Shown: positions 42,079-54,604 of the stretch, one piece after another
Layout: each line of letters starts with the position of its first letter
How positions within the stretch are numbered: the stretch's first letter is position 1
From: an uncultured Phycisphaerales bacterium
GTDB lineage: Bacteria > Planctomycetota > Phycisphaerae > Tepidisphaerales > Tepidisphaeraceae
Direction of reading: 5' to 3'
Assembly: GCA_963844715.1 (NCBI GenBank)
Contig: CAWJPJ010000005.1
Location: 160,001-224,000, forward strand
DNA length: 64,000 nucleotides
Position numbers and translations under genes: made by a program
Notes under the pieces: generated by a model
Told to the model about the DNA's origin: nothing
What the model saw: the letters and a program-made list of their open reading frames with translations, nothing else
Database searches by the model: none

Positions 42079-45000
42079 ATGGTAGTTGAATTTGGAAAAT
42101 TCGGGACGCGAGCCGGATCGGCGCGGAAAGCCCGATCGTGGATGGCGCTGTCGCTTGCGGCGGCGGCGGGGATCGCGGGAGCGAGCGTAGCGTATGGCGG
42201 AAACGTCGCGGTGAGTCGAGTTGTTTCGGGGTCGGCGACGTTTCAGCAGGCGGGGGCGGATACGATTATTCATGCGGCGAACAAGACGATCATCGATTAC
42301 ACGCAGTTCAACGTGGCGGCGGGGACGAAGGTGCAATTCATTCAGCCGGGGGCGACGAGCTGGGTGCTGAATCGGATTGTGACGGCATCGCCGTCGCAGA
42401 TCGACGGGACGCTGACGGCCAATGGGATCATCTATCTCGTGAATCCGGCGGGGGTGATGTTCGGCAAGAATTCCGTCATTAATGTGGGGCAGTTTTATGC
42501 GGCGGCGGCGCATATGTCGGATCAGGATGCGCTGGCGGGATTGAATCACTTTACGGGGGCGTCGGGGTCGGTGATTAACCAGGGAACCATCACAGCGGGT
42601 GACGTTTATCTGGTGGGATTGCATGTGGTGAACGGGGGATCGATTCTGGCGGGATCGGGAACCGTCGCGATGGTCGCGGGGCAGGATGTTTATCTTTCGA
42701 CGAGTTCGAGCGAGCCGGGATTGATGGTGAAGATCGCGGGGGGCGCGAAGCAGAGTTCATTGGCATCGGGCGTGGGGGTGGAAAACGACGGGAGTATCGC
42801 GGCGCAGGTTGCGGATATGTCGGCGGGGGATTTGTATTCGGTGGCGATTCGACACACGGGAGAAACCAGGGCCGCGAATATCACGCTCAGCGCCGAAGGA
42901 GCGGTCGATGTTTCGGGGACGCTCGATGCGTCGAACGCATCTGGGACGGGCGGGACGATCAAGGTGCTGGGCACTGATGTGGCCGTGAGCGGGGCGAAGA
43001 TTGAAGCGAACGGGAGCACCGGAGGCGGAACGATCTGGATCGGGGGCGGGCCGCACGGCGCCGGCGGGACGCCGACGGCTTTGGTTACGACGGTGGATTC
43101 GTCGTCGGCGATTGATGCCAATGCGCTCGCGGGCGGCGACGGGGGGACGGTGGTGGTGTGGTCGGAGGATCAAACGGTTTTTGACGGGTCGATTTCGATC
43201 CGCGGCGGAGAGAATTGGGGCAACGGCGGGTGGGCGGAAGTTTCCAGCGCGGATGTGCTCGGATTTGCCGGGCATGTCGATGCGGGGGCGCCGGATGGAT
43301 CTTTCGGGACGCTGCTCCTGGATCCGCACACGATCACGGTTGCCAGCGGAGGGGGCGCGTCACTGACCGATGTAAGCAGTTTCAGCAACACGGCCGACGA
43401 AACGATCGACGCGGGGACGATCGACGCGGCGGGGGCGAACGTCGTTCTGCAAGCCAATACCGATATCAATGTCAATCAGGCGATCAATATCACGACGTCG
43501 GGTGTGAGCCTGACGATGCAGGCGGGGCGCAGCATCGTGTTTGCGCCGGGGATAAGCGTGACCACCAATAACGGAGACGTGACGCTCAGCGCGAACGACA
43601 ACACCGCGACGGCTTCGGATCGAGACGCCGGGGTGGCGGTGATCACGATGGATGGTTCGAATACGATCAACGCCGGCAGCGGGGAGATCACGCTGACAAT
43701 CGGAACGCTGGGGCCGTCGGGGTCGCTGGCTGCGGGGAATCTTGTGACGACGGGAGATGTCACGCTGACGAACGCGGTGGGCGACGTGGATGTGGTCGGG
43801 ACCGTCAACGGGGGGACGTTTACCAGCTCGGGGAATAATTTCTTCAACTTTGGCGGGCCGATCACGACGAGCGGGGATATCAACATAAATCAGACCGGCG
43901 TGATCACCGTGGGGGCGGCGCTGAACGCTCAGGATGTGACGCTCACTTCGGCCAACGCGAATATTGTCATGGACCTGGAGTCGACGACGGCGAATCCGGC
44001 GGTTACGACTTCGGGGAATCAGTCCTATAGCAGCCCGGTGATTCTCGCGGCGGATACCGCGCTGAACAGCACCGGGGGCGGGACCATCGATTTCAATTCC
44101 ACCGTTGATGGTGCTTTTGGATTGACCGTCAACACGGGCGGGACGGCGGAGTTCGATAATCAGGTCGGGAGTGCAACGCCGATCACGAGCCTGGTGATCG
44201 ACGATCCGGCGTCGGGGGTGTCGGGCGGGAATATCAATATCAACGCGACGGGGACAACTGCTAGTCCCTCGATCGTTACAACGGCAGGGCAGACTTACAA
44301 CGCGCCGATCATCATCAATGAAGACACGACGCTGACGGATACGAACGGCGGGGACATCACGTTCAATTCCACCGTGGATGGCGGATTTGCCCTGACGATC
44401 AATACGGCGGGGACGACGACGTTCACGAATCAGGTGGGGCAGAATATTCAGATCACGACCCTGACGATCGACGACACGACTTCGGGGATCATCGGGGGGC
44501 CGGTGGATTGCGAATTCGACGGGGTCGCGACTCATCCCACGATTCTGACGGACATGGGGCAGGTCTATAACAGCCCGATCATCCTCAAGAATGAGACGGC
44601 GTTCGACGACGTGGGAAACGGGAATATCACGTTCAATTCGACCATCGACGGGGCGTTTGACCTGACGCTGAATACGACGGGGATCATGACGTTCAATGCG
44701 CGGGTCGGCGCGACGACGCCGGTGACGAGCATGACCACGGACGATCCGGCGACGCTGATTTCCGGGGGGACGATGGTGTTCAATGTTGCGGGCACCTCGG
44801 CGAGCCCCTCGCTGGTCACCTCGGGCGGCGGGCAGACTTACAACACGGCCGTTTTTCTTGAGGCAGATACCGTATTGACGGACACCGGGGGCGGAGCGAT
44901 CGCGTTTGAGGGGACCGTCGATGGAGCCGTCGCGCTGACGGTAAACACCGCGGGCAACACCACATTCGGCGACGTGGTGGGAAATAATTCGCCGCTGGCG

Positions 45001-47496
45001 AGTCTGATGATCGACGATCCGGCGTCGGGGATCACCGGGGGAACCACGACGTTTGCCGCCTCGGATTCCTCGTCTTCAACGCCGGCCGTGGCGACGGTGG
45101 GGACGCAGACGTACAACACTCCGGTTATACTGTCTGCGGATACGGATCTGGCGACAAACGGGGCGGATGTATTTTTCAATTCGACAATCGACGGCGACGG
45201 GAACGGGCCGTGGAATTTCTCGATCGATACCTCAACGTCGACGGGGAATTCGGGGAACATTCACTTTGGAAACGGGGGCCCGGATTACCTCGGATCGACG
45301 AACGAACTGGGCTCGCTGACGACGACGGCGAATACCTCCGATACATCCGGGTTGGAGGGAGAGACGATATTCGACATTTCTGGCAGCGGGCCGGGGCAGC
45401 CGGCGGTTCGGACGTCGGGCGGTCAGACGTACAACAATCCCGTTGAACTGATGGCGGATACGCTTCTGGCGGATGACGGGGGCGGGTCGATCGGATTTTT
45501 CGCTCCGATTGACGGGGATGGGAACGGGCCGTGGAATCTGTACATCGATACCTCGGCGTCGGCGGCGGGAAATATTGTGTTTGGAGACAACAGCGAGGCC
45601 TACGTGGGGGCGGCTAACGTGCTGAAGAGCTTGACGACGACGGCGACATCCTCGGGCGGCGGCGCGGACGGCGCGACTTTCTTCCAGGATAGCGACGAGA
45701 ATTTCGCGAGCGTGACGACGACGGAGGGGCAGACATACAACAATCCGGTAAGTTTGTCCGAAGGAGCGGTTCTCGTGGCGACGGGAGATGCGAGCGGGCC
45801 GGGCTTCATCACTTTTAACAATACCATCGACGGGACCAACGATCTGATCTTGAGCACTACCTACACGTTCACGGGTACCGGGGCACTGCCAAACGCTAAC
45901 GGAGGGACCATTACGTTCGGAAACGGAGGGGCGGATTACGTCGGCGGGACAGTGGCGATCGCGTCGCTGACCTGCCAGGCGAATCCGGTCGGGACAGGGT
46001 CGCCGGGAAATACGGTGTTCGACATTGTCGGAACGACGAGCCCGTCGATTACCGCGACGACCAACCTGTCTTTTGCCAGCCCGATCGTGCTGGAGACGGA
46101 TACGAAGATGAGCAGTACGGGGGGGAACATCAATTTTGCCGCGCCGGTGACGGGGGCGTTCAATCTGGATCTGGACACGACTCCGGGAGGACAGGGGATT
46201 CTGATGGGGGCGTCGATAAATGTGAGCAGTTTGACGGCTACAGCGGGGACCAGCATTCTGGTCTCGGACGTAACGACGACGGGGAACATCGTTCTGTCGC
46301 CGAACAGCGGAATTACCGTGGGGCCGGAGGGCCCCGGGGACAATCGGCCGGACGGGGTACTGGTGATGGAGGGGAATCTGACCAGCACGGACGGAGACGT
46401 CGAGCTATCGCCGGCTGGGCGGACCGAGGTGCCGTCGGTGGCGACGATCGCGGACGATCCGACGACGGGGAATAGCGCGACGATCGACGCGTTGGGATTG
46501 ACGATGGGCCCGCTGGAAAAGCTGACGGTGCTGGGCAATCTGACGATCAACGTTGGCTCGGGGACGGCGCTGCTGGGAGACATCAACACGGGGGGAAGCC
46601 TGAGCGTGACGGCGGGGCAGACGGTGTTCCAGCTTCGGCCCGCCGGGGAAATTCTGACTTCATCGGATACGCTGGTCAGCGAAGGGAATACGAATCCGCC
46701 GGGCGGGACGGACGTGGTGGTGTTGGGTCCGAACCTGACCTTTAACACGCCGGCGATTACGACGACTGGCAGCGGGACGCCGGTGCGATTTGCGACCACG
46801 ACGGGCAAGGGAAACGTTCCCGGTCAGCAGGTGCTGTTCTACTCGTTGTCTTTCGGGGCGGCGCTGAAGGATGCGGCGAACACGCCGCTGGATTTGCAGG
46901 CGCGATCCTTCACAATCGAGACGATCGCGTCATCGCTGCCCGTGCGCGGGCCGTCGGTTTATCGCGAGACGCGCGGATACGGGCCGAGCGAGACGATGGA
47001 CGTAGGCGTGGCGTGGGATCTGTTCCTGGGGACGTCGCTGGATCAGGCCGGGCCGCTGCGCGGCGACGACGCGATTTTCGTGCACACGCTTCAGGCGATA
47101 TACTGCCGCGAGGTGGGGCTGACCGGCGGAGGCGAGCCGATCTATTCGACCCAGATCGATCAGACAAAACTGGACGGCATCCACCGGGATTTGAGCGAGG
47201 CTCTGGACGATTACCGTTTAACCCAGCGAACGCAGGGGCTGGAGCCGACATTTTTCGAGTCTTATCTCGAGCATTCGAAATTGCCGGCCTCGGTTCGGAC
47301 TTATGATCGGTTTAGACAACTGAATTCGTTGCTTGAAATGGTTTCGAATTCAGATCTTTCGGACGAGGTCCAGGATCGGATTCGGCAGGCGATCGTGGAC
47401 CCGCTGCGGCCGGACAATGTCACCTACACGGATGTGATGCAGACGATTTTGGCGATCGGGCGGCCGCACGAATATCACCAGAGCTACGAGCCGTAG
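42079..47496 (+). CDS. TpsA: filamentous-haemagglutinin N-terminal domain protein, 1805 aa
   Basis: Signal peptide; VQFIQP...VLNRI...NPAGVMFG TPS domain; GNGGWAEVS...GTLLLDP; ~85-100-aa Q-x-YN-x-P...FNSTIDG repeats; distinct ~190-aa C-terminal domain. Confidence 0.92.
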   Translation: MVVEFGKFGTRAGSARKARSWMALSLAAAAGIAGASVAYGGNVAVSRVVSGSATFQQAGADTIIHAANKTIIDYTQFNVAAGTKVQFIQPGATSWVLNRIVTASPSQIDGTLTANGIIYLVNPAGVMFGKNSVINVGQFYAAAAHMSDQDALAGLNHFTGASGSVINQGTITAGDVYLVGLHVVNGGSILAGSGTVAMVAGQDVYLSTSSSEPGLMVKIAGGAKQSSLASGVGVENDGSIAAQVADMSAGDLYSVAIRHTGETRAANITLSAEGAVDVSGTLDASNASGTGGTIKVLGTDVAVSGAKIEANGSTGGGTIWIGGGPHGAGGTPTALVTTVDSSSAIDANALAGGDGGTVVVWSEDQTVFDGSISIRGGENWGNGGWAEVSSADVLGFAGHVDAGAPDGSFGTLLLDPHTITVASGGGASLTDVSSFSNTADETIDAGTIDAAGANVVLQANTDINVNQAINITTSGVSLTMQAGRSIVFAPGISVTTNNGDVTLSANDNTATASDRDAGVAVITMDGSNTINAGSGEITLTIGTLGPSGSLAAGNLVTTGDVTLTNAVGDVDVVGTVNGGTFTSSGNNFFNFGGPITTSGDININQTGVITVGAALNAQDVTLTSANANIVMDLESTTANPAVTTSGNQSYSSPVILAADTALNSTGGGTIDFNSTVDGAFGLTVNTGGTAEFDNQVGSATPITSLVIDDPASGVSGGNININATGTTASPSIVTTAGQTYNAPIIINEDTTLTDTNGGDITFNSTVDGGFALTINTAGTTTFTNQVGQNIQITTLTIDDTTSGIIGGPVDCEFDGVATHPTILTDMGQVYNSPIILKNETAFDDVGNGNITFNSTIDGAFDLTLNTTGIMTFNARVGATTPVTSMTTDDPATLISGGTMVFNVAGTSASPSLVTSGGGQTYNTAVFLEADTVLTDTGGGAIAFEGTVDGAVALTVNTAGNTTFGDVVGNNSPLASLMIDDPASGITGGTTTFAASDSSSSTPAVATVGTQTYNTPVILSADTDLATNGADVFFNSTIDGDGNGPWNFSIDTSTSTGNSGNIHFGNGGPDYLGSTNELGSLTTTANTSDTSGLEGETIFDISGSGPGQPAVRTSGGQTYNNPVELMADTLLADDGGGSIGFFAPIDGDGNGPWNLYIDTSASAAGNIVFGDNSEAYVGAANVLKSLTTTATSSGGGADGATFFQDSDENFASVTTTEGQTYNNPVSLSEGAVLVATGDASGPGFITFNNTIDGTNDLILSTTYTFTGTGALPNANGGTITFGNGGADYVGGTVAIASLTCQANPVGTGSPGNTVFDIVGTTSPSITATTNLSFASPIVLETDTKMSSTGGNINFAAPVTGAFNLDLDTTPGGQGILMGASINVSSLTATAGTSILVSDVTTTGNIVLSPNSGITVGPEGPGDNRPDGVLVMEGNLTSTDGDVELSPAGRTEVPSVATIADDPTTGNSATIDALGLTMGPLEKLTVLGNLTINVGSGTALLGDINTGGSLSVTAGQTVFQLRPAGEILTSSDTLVSEGNTNPPGGTDVVVLGPNLTFNTPAITTTGSGTPVRFATTTGKGNVPGQQVLFYSLSFGAALKDAANTPLDLQARSFTIETIASSLPVRGPSVYRETRGYGPSETMDVGVAWDLFLGTSLDQAGPLRGDDAIFVHTLQAIYCREVGLTGGGEPIYSTQIDQTKLDGIHRDLSEALDDYRLTQRTQGLEPTFFESYLEHSKLPASVRTYDRFRQLNSLLEMVSNSDLSDEVQDRIRQAIVDPLRPDNVTYTDVMQTILAIGRPHEYHQSYEP

Positions 47497-47543
47497 GGCG
47501 GGTCGGGCTTTCGCGGTGTGGGGGAAGCGCGCATAATCTGTGC

Positions 47544-48014
47544 ATGGCTAATCTCGGGGGTTGGTTTCGATCGATTCGGCCCTGGGTTCTGTCATTGGCG
47601 GTTACGGCGACGCTCGGGTTAAGCATTTGGTCGGATTATCAAGAGCGATTTGTCTCCGGGGCGGTGGACAATTCGGTCGCGCGGTACGCCGGGTTCGACG
47701 CGCAGATGGGGAGGGCGACTCAAGGGGACGGGGTGTTTCTTCATTTCGTAAATTTTCCGCCGGAATTGTCGTGGGTGGCGCTCGATTTCTATAGCCGGGC
47801 GGTTTACGCGCTGTATCCGCGGCGGGTCCTGGTTGCCGATCCGGGGACGCCGATTTTTGATTTTGATCAGTTGCGGGCCCGCAATTTGGATCCGGACGCG
47901 GCATGGCTGGCGCGGAACGGGACACCCGTGGAAGTGAGCTATTCAATCGATCCGGAGACGGGGGGTCTGGCGTGGACGGCGCAGCGGGTTTCGGGCGGGA
48001 TGGCGGGCAAGTAA
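47544..48014 (+). CDS. Small membrane-anchored protein
   Basis: N-terminal TM and RAVYALYPRRV; 4 nt upstream of the next gene. Confidence 0.6.
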   Translation: MANLGGWFRSIRPWVLSLAVTATLGLSIWSDYQERFVSGAVDNSVARYAGFDAQMGRATQGDGVFLHFVNFPPELSWVALDFYSRAVYALYPRRVLVADPGTPIFDFDQLRARNLDPDAAWLARNGTPVEVSYSIDPETGGLAWTAQRVSGGMAGK

Positions 48015-48018
48015 CGCA

Positions 48019-49417
48019 ATGTGGAGCTTGATCTACTGCATCTGTCTTCTGGTGATGGGGCTTGGGGCGGTGGCGGCATTGATGCCTCCCGATCCTGAGG
48101 AATCACCGCTGTTGCGGATCGGGCTGGGGATGAGCCTGGGGCCGGGGATCGGGGGGCTGGGGTTGATCGGGTTTTCGATGCTCGGGCGCTTGCCGTCGGC
48201 GGTGCTGATTTTCTTCCTGACGGCTCCCTTTGCGATTTTGCTTTGCGTGTACAGGTCGCGATTTTTCCGGCGGGGGAAAATTTCGTGGGGTTGGATCAAG
48301 GGGCGGTTCGGGTGGTTGAATATCATTTGTTTGGTTGCGATCGCGTATGGAGTCGGGGTGTCGATTCATTATGCGGTTGCGGATGGGGTGATCATGGGGG
48401 ACGCGTTTGCCATCTGGATGCTCAAGGCGAAGGTACTTGCGACGCAGGCGCTGTATCCGCGCCCGGATTATTTTACCGATGTTTCGCTGTCGTTCAGCCA
48501 TCTGCGATATCCGATTCTGGTTCCGATGATCGGCGCGGGGGTGCACGCGATGAGCGGGCGGCTGGAGGGGGATTTGGTGAGTGCACCATTTTTGCTCAGC
48601 TACTTTGGGCTGGTGATGGCGGTGTTTGGGGCGGTGCGATCGTGGGGGAATTGGACGAGCGGGCTGGCGGCGGCGGCGATGTTCATGACGACGCCGCTGG
48701 CGCTGTGCGCAGGCGGGCAATGGGATGGCGGACATGACGCTGACGGCGTTTTTCGGCTGCAGCCTGATCTCGATATTGAGATGGAGAAAATTGCGCCGGG
48801 TCGGCGATCTCATTCTGGCCATGATTTTTACGGGGTGCATGGCTTGGACGAAGAACGAGGGGGCGGCGATGGCGGCGGTGAATATTCTGCTGGTGCTGAT
48901 ATTCGTGCCGACGCCCCGGCGATTGAGGGCGCTGGCGTTTGGGGTGGGGGTGATTTTGATGTATTTGCCGTGGTATTTTTACGCTCGGCATTTGCCGCGC
49001 ACGGATGAGGATTACACGTCGCATTTGACCCTCGGGCAGTTGGCCGGGAATGTCCATCGGCTGGGTTATATTGTTGCGCAATTCGGGTGGAATCTGATCG
49101 ATCCGCATGCGTGGGGGATATTCTGGTTCCTTCCGGTCGCGGCGTTCATTTTCAAACCGCGCGGTGCGCGCGGGACTTTGTTTCTTTGGGTCGCTCTGCT
49201 ACTTCAAATTTTGATTTACATTCCGCCTTACATGGTTGCGCCGGGGGATCTGGCGCATTTGATGCGGTATTCGCTTGGCCGGCTGCTTTTGCATGCGACG
49301 CCGGCGGCGGCGCTGATTGTGGGACTCCAGTTTGCGGATTGCGGAGTCGGGAAACTATCCGGTGCAACGGGTTGCACCGGCTTCGCGGGAACTGGGGACG
49401 CGCGAAGTTCACGTTAA
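48019..49417 (+). CDS. Putative GT-C (GT39/ArnT-like) membrane glycosyltransferase (apparent frameshift ~48710)
   Basis: Many TMs; DAFAIWMLKAK, HLRYPILVP, GMAD and WTKNEG motifs. Confidence 0.6.
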
Positions 49418-49424
49418 TTCCAGA

Positions 49425-52400
49425 TTACTTGCCGGCGATGACGGTGATGAGGACGCGACCGCTGGGGGTGGCGGCGGGGGTGTATTGGGGGGCGACGACG
49501 CGGACGCGCTGGGAATAGGAGGAGAGGCTGCGTTGAAAGTAGCCGTCGACTACGTCGAGCCGGCGCTGGGCGATGTCCATGGCGGCGCCGCGGGTGCGGC
49601 GGCCGGCGAGCCGGGAGGAGCCAGGGCGCAACAGGTCGTAGAGTTCGTTGCAGGCGTTTTCCACGTCGGCTAACTGGCGCTCTATCTGGCGCAATTGGGC
49701 GATGGACTGATCGACATCGGCGGTCGAGACGGCGGCGAGTTGCCCGCGCAAAAGTCCGGCGAGTCTGGCCCGTTCGATGAACAAATCGGTTCGGCTGCTG
49801 GCGGAGTTGCTCGATCATGGCCATGGCGTCGGCCTCGTCCGGGTTGGCGCTGGGAGGCGAGCTGGATGTCATGAGTTCCGAGTTCCTGGCGGATGGTGAA
49901 TTGGAGATCGGGATTTCGGTGGGCGAGGAGGAGGAAACTCTGCACGAGGGTCAGGCCGGCGGAGTCCAGATCGGCCGAGCCCGGGGCGAAATCGACTTCA
50001 TAAGTTTCAGTATGCGGGGCGCCCTTCTGGCCGCCGATGCCGAAGATTCCGAGCGCGCCGCCGGCGAGCTTGAGGGGGGCGGAGGCGACGGCGGTGGCGA
50101 CGATCGGGCCGGTGGCGCCGATGGCGCCGGCGACGATGGCAGATTGGGAAATTTGTCCATTTTTTATTGTGAAGCTGATCGGGATGGTGATGGAACCATC
50201 GGGGGCCTGGAGGGCGAAGATGACGGTGTCGAGGGGGGCGGGCAATTTCAGGAATTTGGAGATCGCGCCGTTGGAGCCGTCGGAAATCTGAAGGTCGGTG
50301 AAGACGAATTTGCAATCGGTGTCGATGGAATCGGAGCCGTGGGGGCGGAGATCTACGTCCGCGTCGAAAACCCCGCCGCGAAGTTGAGCGCCGAATTCGG
50401 CGGCGACGCCCTGAAGGGCCGCGAGTTCGAGCCCGTTGAGGGCGAGCTTGATATAGCCGTCGGGCTGGGGATAGAGGGAGAACCTCCCGGAGGCGAGGGC
50501 CTGGGAGAAGAGGGTTCGCTGTTCGATGGGGCGCGTCGTGGGGCTTTTCGGCGAATAGATGGGGACTTTTCCGGCGGAGAGGAGAGCGGAGAATCGGATG
50601 ACTTTGGGTTCGGTGAAGGCTCGAGTCGTGAGGTCTCTAACCTCGACGTCTAGGCCGGTCAGCGGGGCAACGAATGGGGGTTGGGCGAGACGATCTTCTA
50701 TACGGACATCGAGGCCGCCGACGAGGAGATTGTCGATGCGTAATTCTCCGGATGGAGGCGGAGGCGCGGAGGCGATGGGCGCGGGCGGATCGGCCGCCGC
50801 GGCGGTGGCGGGGGCGCGAGCCGGGGGTTTTTTTTGCGGTGTTTTTGGCGCGGGAGTTTTGGGAGGAGCGCCTACTCGCGCGGGGCGAATGGCGAAGCCG
50901 CAGACGTGCACGCCGCCGGCGTCGCGGTAAATATAGGCTTGCGGGGTCTGAATCGTGACGGTTTTGAAGAGGGTGACGCCGGTGGTAGGGCGGATAAGTC
51001 CGTCCTGGAGATAGATTCCGGAAAGACCGGCCAGAACAGGGCCGTTGGGGGAATCACGCATGTCGATGCTGCGGACGTATCCGTTGACTTTGATTCCGCG
51101 CGAGACGTTGAAATCGGTGGGTCCACGGCGGGTGAAATCGAGAGTCAGTTTACTGGAGGCGGCGATGCGCCCGTCCGTCATTCCGGAGCCGTCGAGCATC
51201 GAGCTGAGTTGGGGAGCGATGTCGGTGACGCCTTGGCCGCGAATTCCGGTGACGGCTAAATCGGCGGTCAATACGGGTTGCTGCTGGAGGGGCGTGGCGG
51301 TGAAGTTGACGGTGAATTGTCCGACGACGGGGGTGACGGCGCCGGTTAGTTGCAGGGCAATAGGAGTCGAGTAGGGGGTTGCGCCGCCGAGGTCGATGAG
51401 CTGGGGATTGTGTAGGCGGATGTGCTCCAGGGCGAGGGGGACGGCGTTGGGCTGTGCGAGGTTGCGCATGGCGATGCGATCGAGATTGATGTCGAAATTC
51501 TGGATGGTGATGTGGGGGACGGTTTGGCCGGGTTTGGCGATGAGCTTGGCGAGATCGGCGGGCGCGGTGGCGGGCCGCCGAGTGGGGCGAGCGACGGGCT
51601 GGGTCGTTGGTGGATTCTGGCCCGGGGTGTTGCCGAGGGTGAGGCCCATGGAGTGCAGATTTCCATCCGTGTCGAGTTGGGCTTCGGTTTTGAGACCATC
51701 GAGCGAGATCTGGTCGATGGCGATGACCCCGCCGCGAGGATCGAATCTTGAGGCGATGAATTTGGCGCTGGTGATGGAGAAGATGGGCGCGCCGCCGGGA
51801 CCGTCGCGCCAGTCAAGATCGTGGAGGTTTATATTGACGGAGCGACCGCCGGCGGGGTTCACGGGGGCTTCGGCTTCGAGAGCGACTTTGAGTTGGCCGG
51901 CCAGGAGAGCCCATTTGTCGCCGCTGGGGAGGTAGGCGGGGATGATTCCGCCGCGCAGACCGCTGGCGGTCAGTTGAGCGGTGAGGCGCGGATGGTCGGG
52001 ATGAGCGTCGAGGGTCCCGAAGATGGAGAAATCGTCCAGAGTGCCGTCGATTTTGGTTTTGATTTGGTACGTGGCGGCGGGGGCGGAGAGGTCGCGCTTC
52101 ATTCCCTGCAACTGGACGTCAGTTTGGATGACTGCACTGACGGGTTTGGGGGTGGCCAGATCGTTCCACAGGATTTTGGCGTTGGTGACACGGAAATCGC
52201 CGAGGCCGATAGCCTGGGGGAAATTGAAATTTCCGGAGGAGGGTTGGGGTTGGTCGCTGGGGATGATGCGGATTCCGGCGATGCGCAGAATACGATCGGC
52301 GTCGCGCCCGGCGGAGATGCGCGGGTTGGCGATGGCCGCGGTGAGAATATCGTCACCGGCGGGATCGACATGGACGCCGGCGATGTGGATGGAATCGAGG

Positions 52401-54604
52401 CCGGCGAGTTCCGTGGACCCATCGCGGAGGGAGACGTTTTGGATATCGACCGAAGCCGTGGCGGGGGAATTGTTGCGGGAGACTTGGGCGGAGGCGTCGA
52501 GTTGGAAGGAGCCGTTCTGGATGGTGGGCTCGAAGCCGATGGTGCGGCCGAGGGGGGCGAGGTCGGTCAATTGCATTCCCCGGCCGCGGACGGAGAGATC
52601 GGCGTGGAAGAGATCGCGGGCGGAATGGGTTTTTCCTGTTACGGCCAGGGGACCGAGCCAGGCGCTGATTGTTCCGTCTTCGGCGGGGCCATCGGCGTCG
52701 AGATCGAAGCGGAAATTTTTGATATCGATACCGGCGTTGGTGAGGGTGAGGTCGGCTTTGGGCTGGGAGTATTCGTCGTGAAACGAGATATTGGGATCGT
52801 GCCAGAGGAAGCGGCCGATTTCTATGCGCGGGAGGGCGAAGGAGCCGAGCAAAGTGGAGCTTTCGGTGGACTCTTCGGCGGGGGGCGCGGGGACGGGGGT
52901 CGGAGTCCAACGGAAGTTGGCGACGGTGACTCGGCCATCGGCGTCGCGGCTGATCTGGAGATCGGGGCCGGTAAGTTCGAGGGATTCAATCTTAAAGCGG
53001 CCGGATTGAGAATCGAGACCGGCGCCGCGCAGGGCGAGATTTTTGAATGTGAAGAGGTTGCTGCCGTCGCCGAGAGTGATGGGGCCGCAGGCGGCGTCGG
53101 CGACGAGATCGCCCTGGGTGTCGGTACGCAAGTCGGCGGACATATCGGCGGCGAAATTTCCGTCGGACCAGAGGGATTCGAGATTATTGGCGGCGAGGTA
53201 CGGGCTGATTCCATCGGGGCGAATGTGCTGGGCGCGCATGCTGAGGGTCATGTCGCGCTTGGCGCCATTGGCGACGCCGGAGAAGTTGATGTTGCCGATG
53301 ATTCCGGGGAGGGAGATGGAGCCGGTGATGGGGATGGTGCCGCTCGAGTCATCGGCTTTGGCGCTGAGCTGGGGGATCAGGAAATGGAGTTCGTTCGGGG
53401 GGGAAACGGCGGAATCGCGGAAAGCGAAATCGACGTCGTTGATCGCGAACCAGCGCAAATCCAGGCCGAAGGGGGAAGGACTGGATGAAGACGTAGGGAC
53501 GGAGGCGACGGATGCGGGTTCTGTGGTGGGTCTGGTTGTGGGTGGGGCGGAGCCGACGGCGAAGCCGCCGAATTGGATGCCGGAGGCGGGGTCGCGCGTG
53601 ACGTTGACGCGCACGCCGTCAACTTCCACGGAATTGAGGAGGATTTTTTGCGGGCTGGCGGCGTTGGCGGTGAGGGCGAAATTCGAGACGGAGAAGGAAG
53701 ACTGTTCGTCGGACCAGAGGCCGATGTTATTCAGAGTGAGGGCGAGAGACATGCCGACGTCGGGTTTGGTAGCGGGTTGAATGACTAGGTCGGCATAGAG
53801 GTCGCCTGTGAGATTGGAGCCGACGGGGCGGATGCCCAGGGGCAGGAGATATCCGGCCAGCGGGCGCGGATGCAGGCCGCGCATGGTGAGGGTGGCGGTG
53901 GCGTGGAGGGTTTGCCCGTCGGCGAGGCTCTTGCCGGAGATGCGAAGGAGATCGAGGGCGGGGTCGCTCCAGGAATCGATTTCGAAATAGGTGGGCTGGC
54001 CGCGCATGCCGAAATTGCTGACGCGCAGGTCCATGGCGACGGTGGATTCGAATGGGGGCTGAACGCTTTCGTCCATGACCTTGGCTCTGACGTGGGAGAG
54101 GCGGAACGCTTCGACGGCCAGCGAGGGAGTGAAATCAAGCGAGAGGGGGCTTTGCTGCGCGGCGGGTTGCGCGGTGGGGGCGGGAGTGGAGGAGACGAGA
54201 TGCTCGAGTAGCGGGATGCGCCCGTCGGGGGTGCGGTCGAGCACGATTTCCGAGCCGTCGACTTCGGCGCGGCGGACGTAGAGGCGGCCTTCGAGCAGGG
54301 CGAGGGGGGCAATGTTTCCGCGGATGTAATCGGCGCTGAACAGCGGCGGTCCGCCGGCGGTGGGGGAAATTTTCAGGCCCCAGAGTCCGACGTCGCCGGC
54401 CAGAAGGGTCAGTTCCTGTCGATCGTAGGTCGCGGTGAAGCCGTAGCTCGCGGCGACTTTGGAGAGGACGGGGCCGAGGGCAAAAAAGAGAATGATGCGG
54501 AAGATGACGGCGATGCCGAGAAGGATGTAGACGGTGCGGCGAATGCGCGTGCGCGAGACGGCGCGGCGGGAGGCGGCGGAGTTGGAGGGCGCGGATTCGC
54601 TCAC
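49425..54604 (-). CDS. DUF748/AsmA-like repeat protein (~1700 aa) with OmpA-like C-terminal region (apparent frameshift ~49855)
   Basis: N-terminal TM; repeated beta-rich units separated by Pro linkers; LQAPDGSITIPI and DFAPGSADL. Confidence 0.75.

Noticed and set aside
42079..48014. CDI toxin-immunity system
   Set aside because: No VENN/pre-toxin motif or recognisable toxin. The small downstream gene is coupled to the glycosyltransferase-like gene. Not fully excluded.
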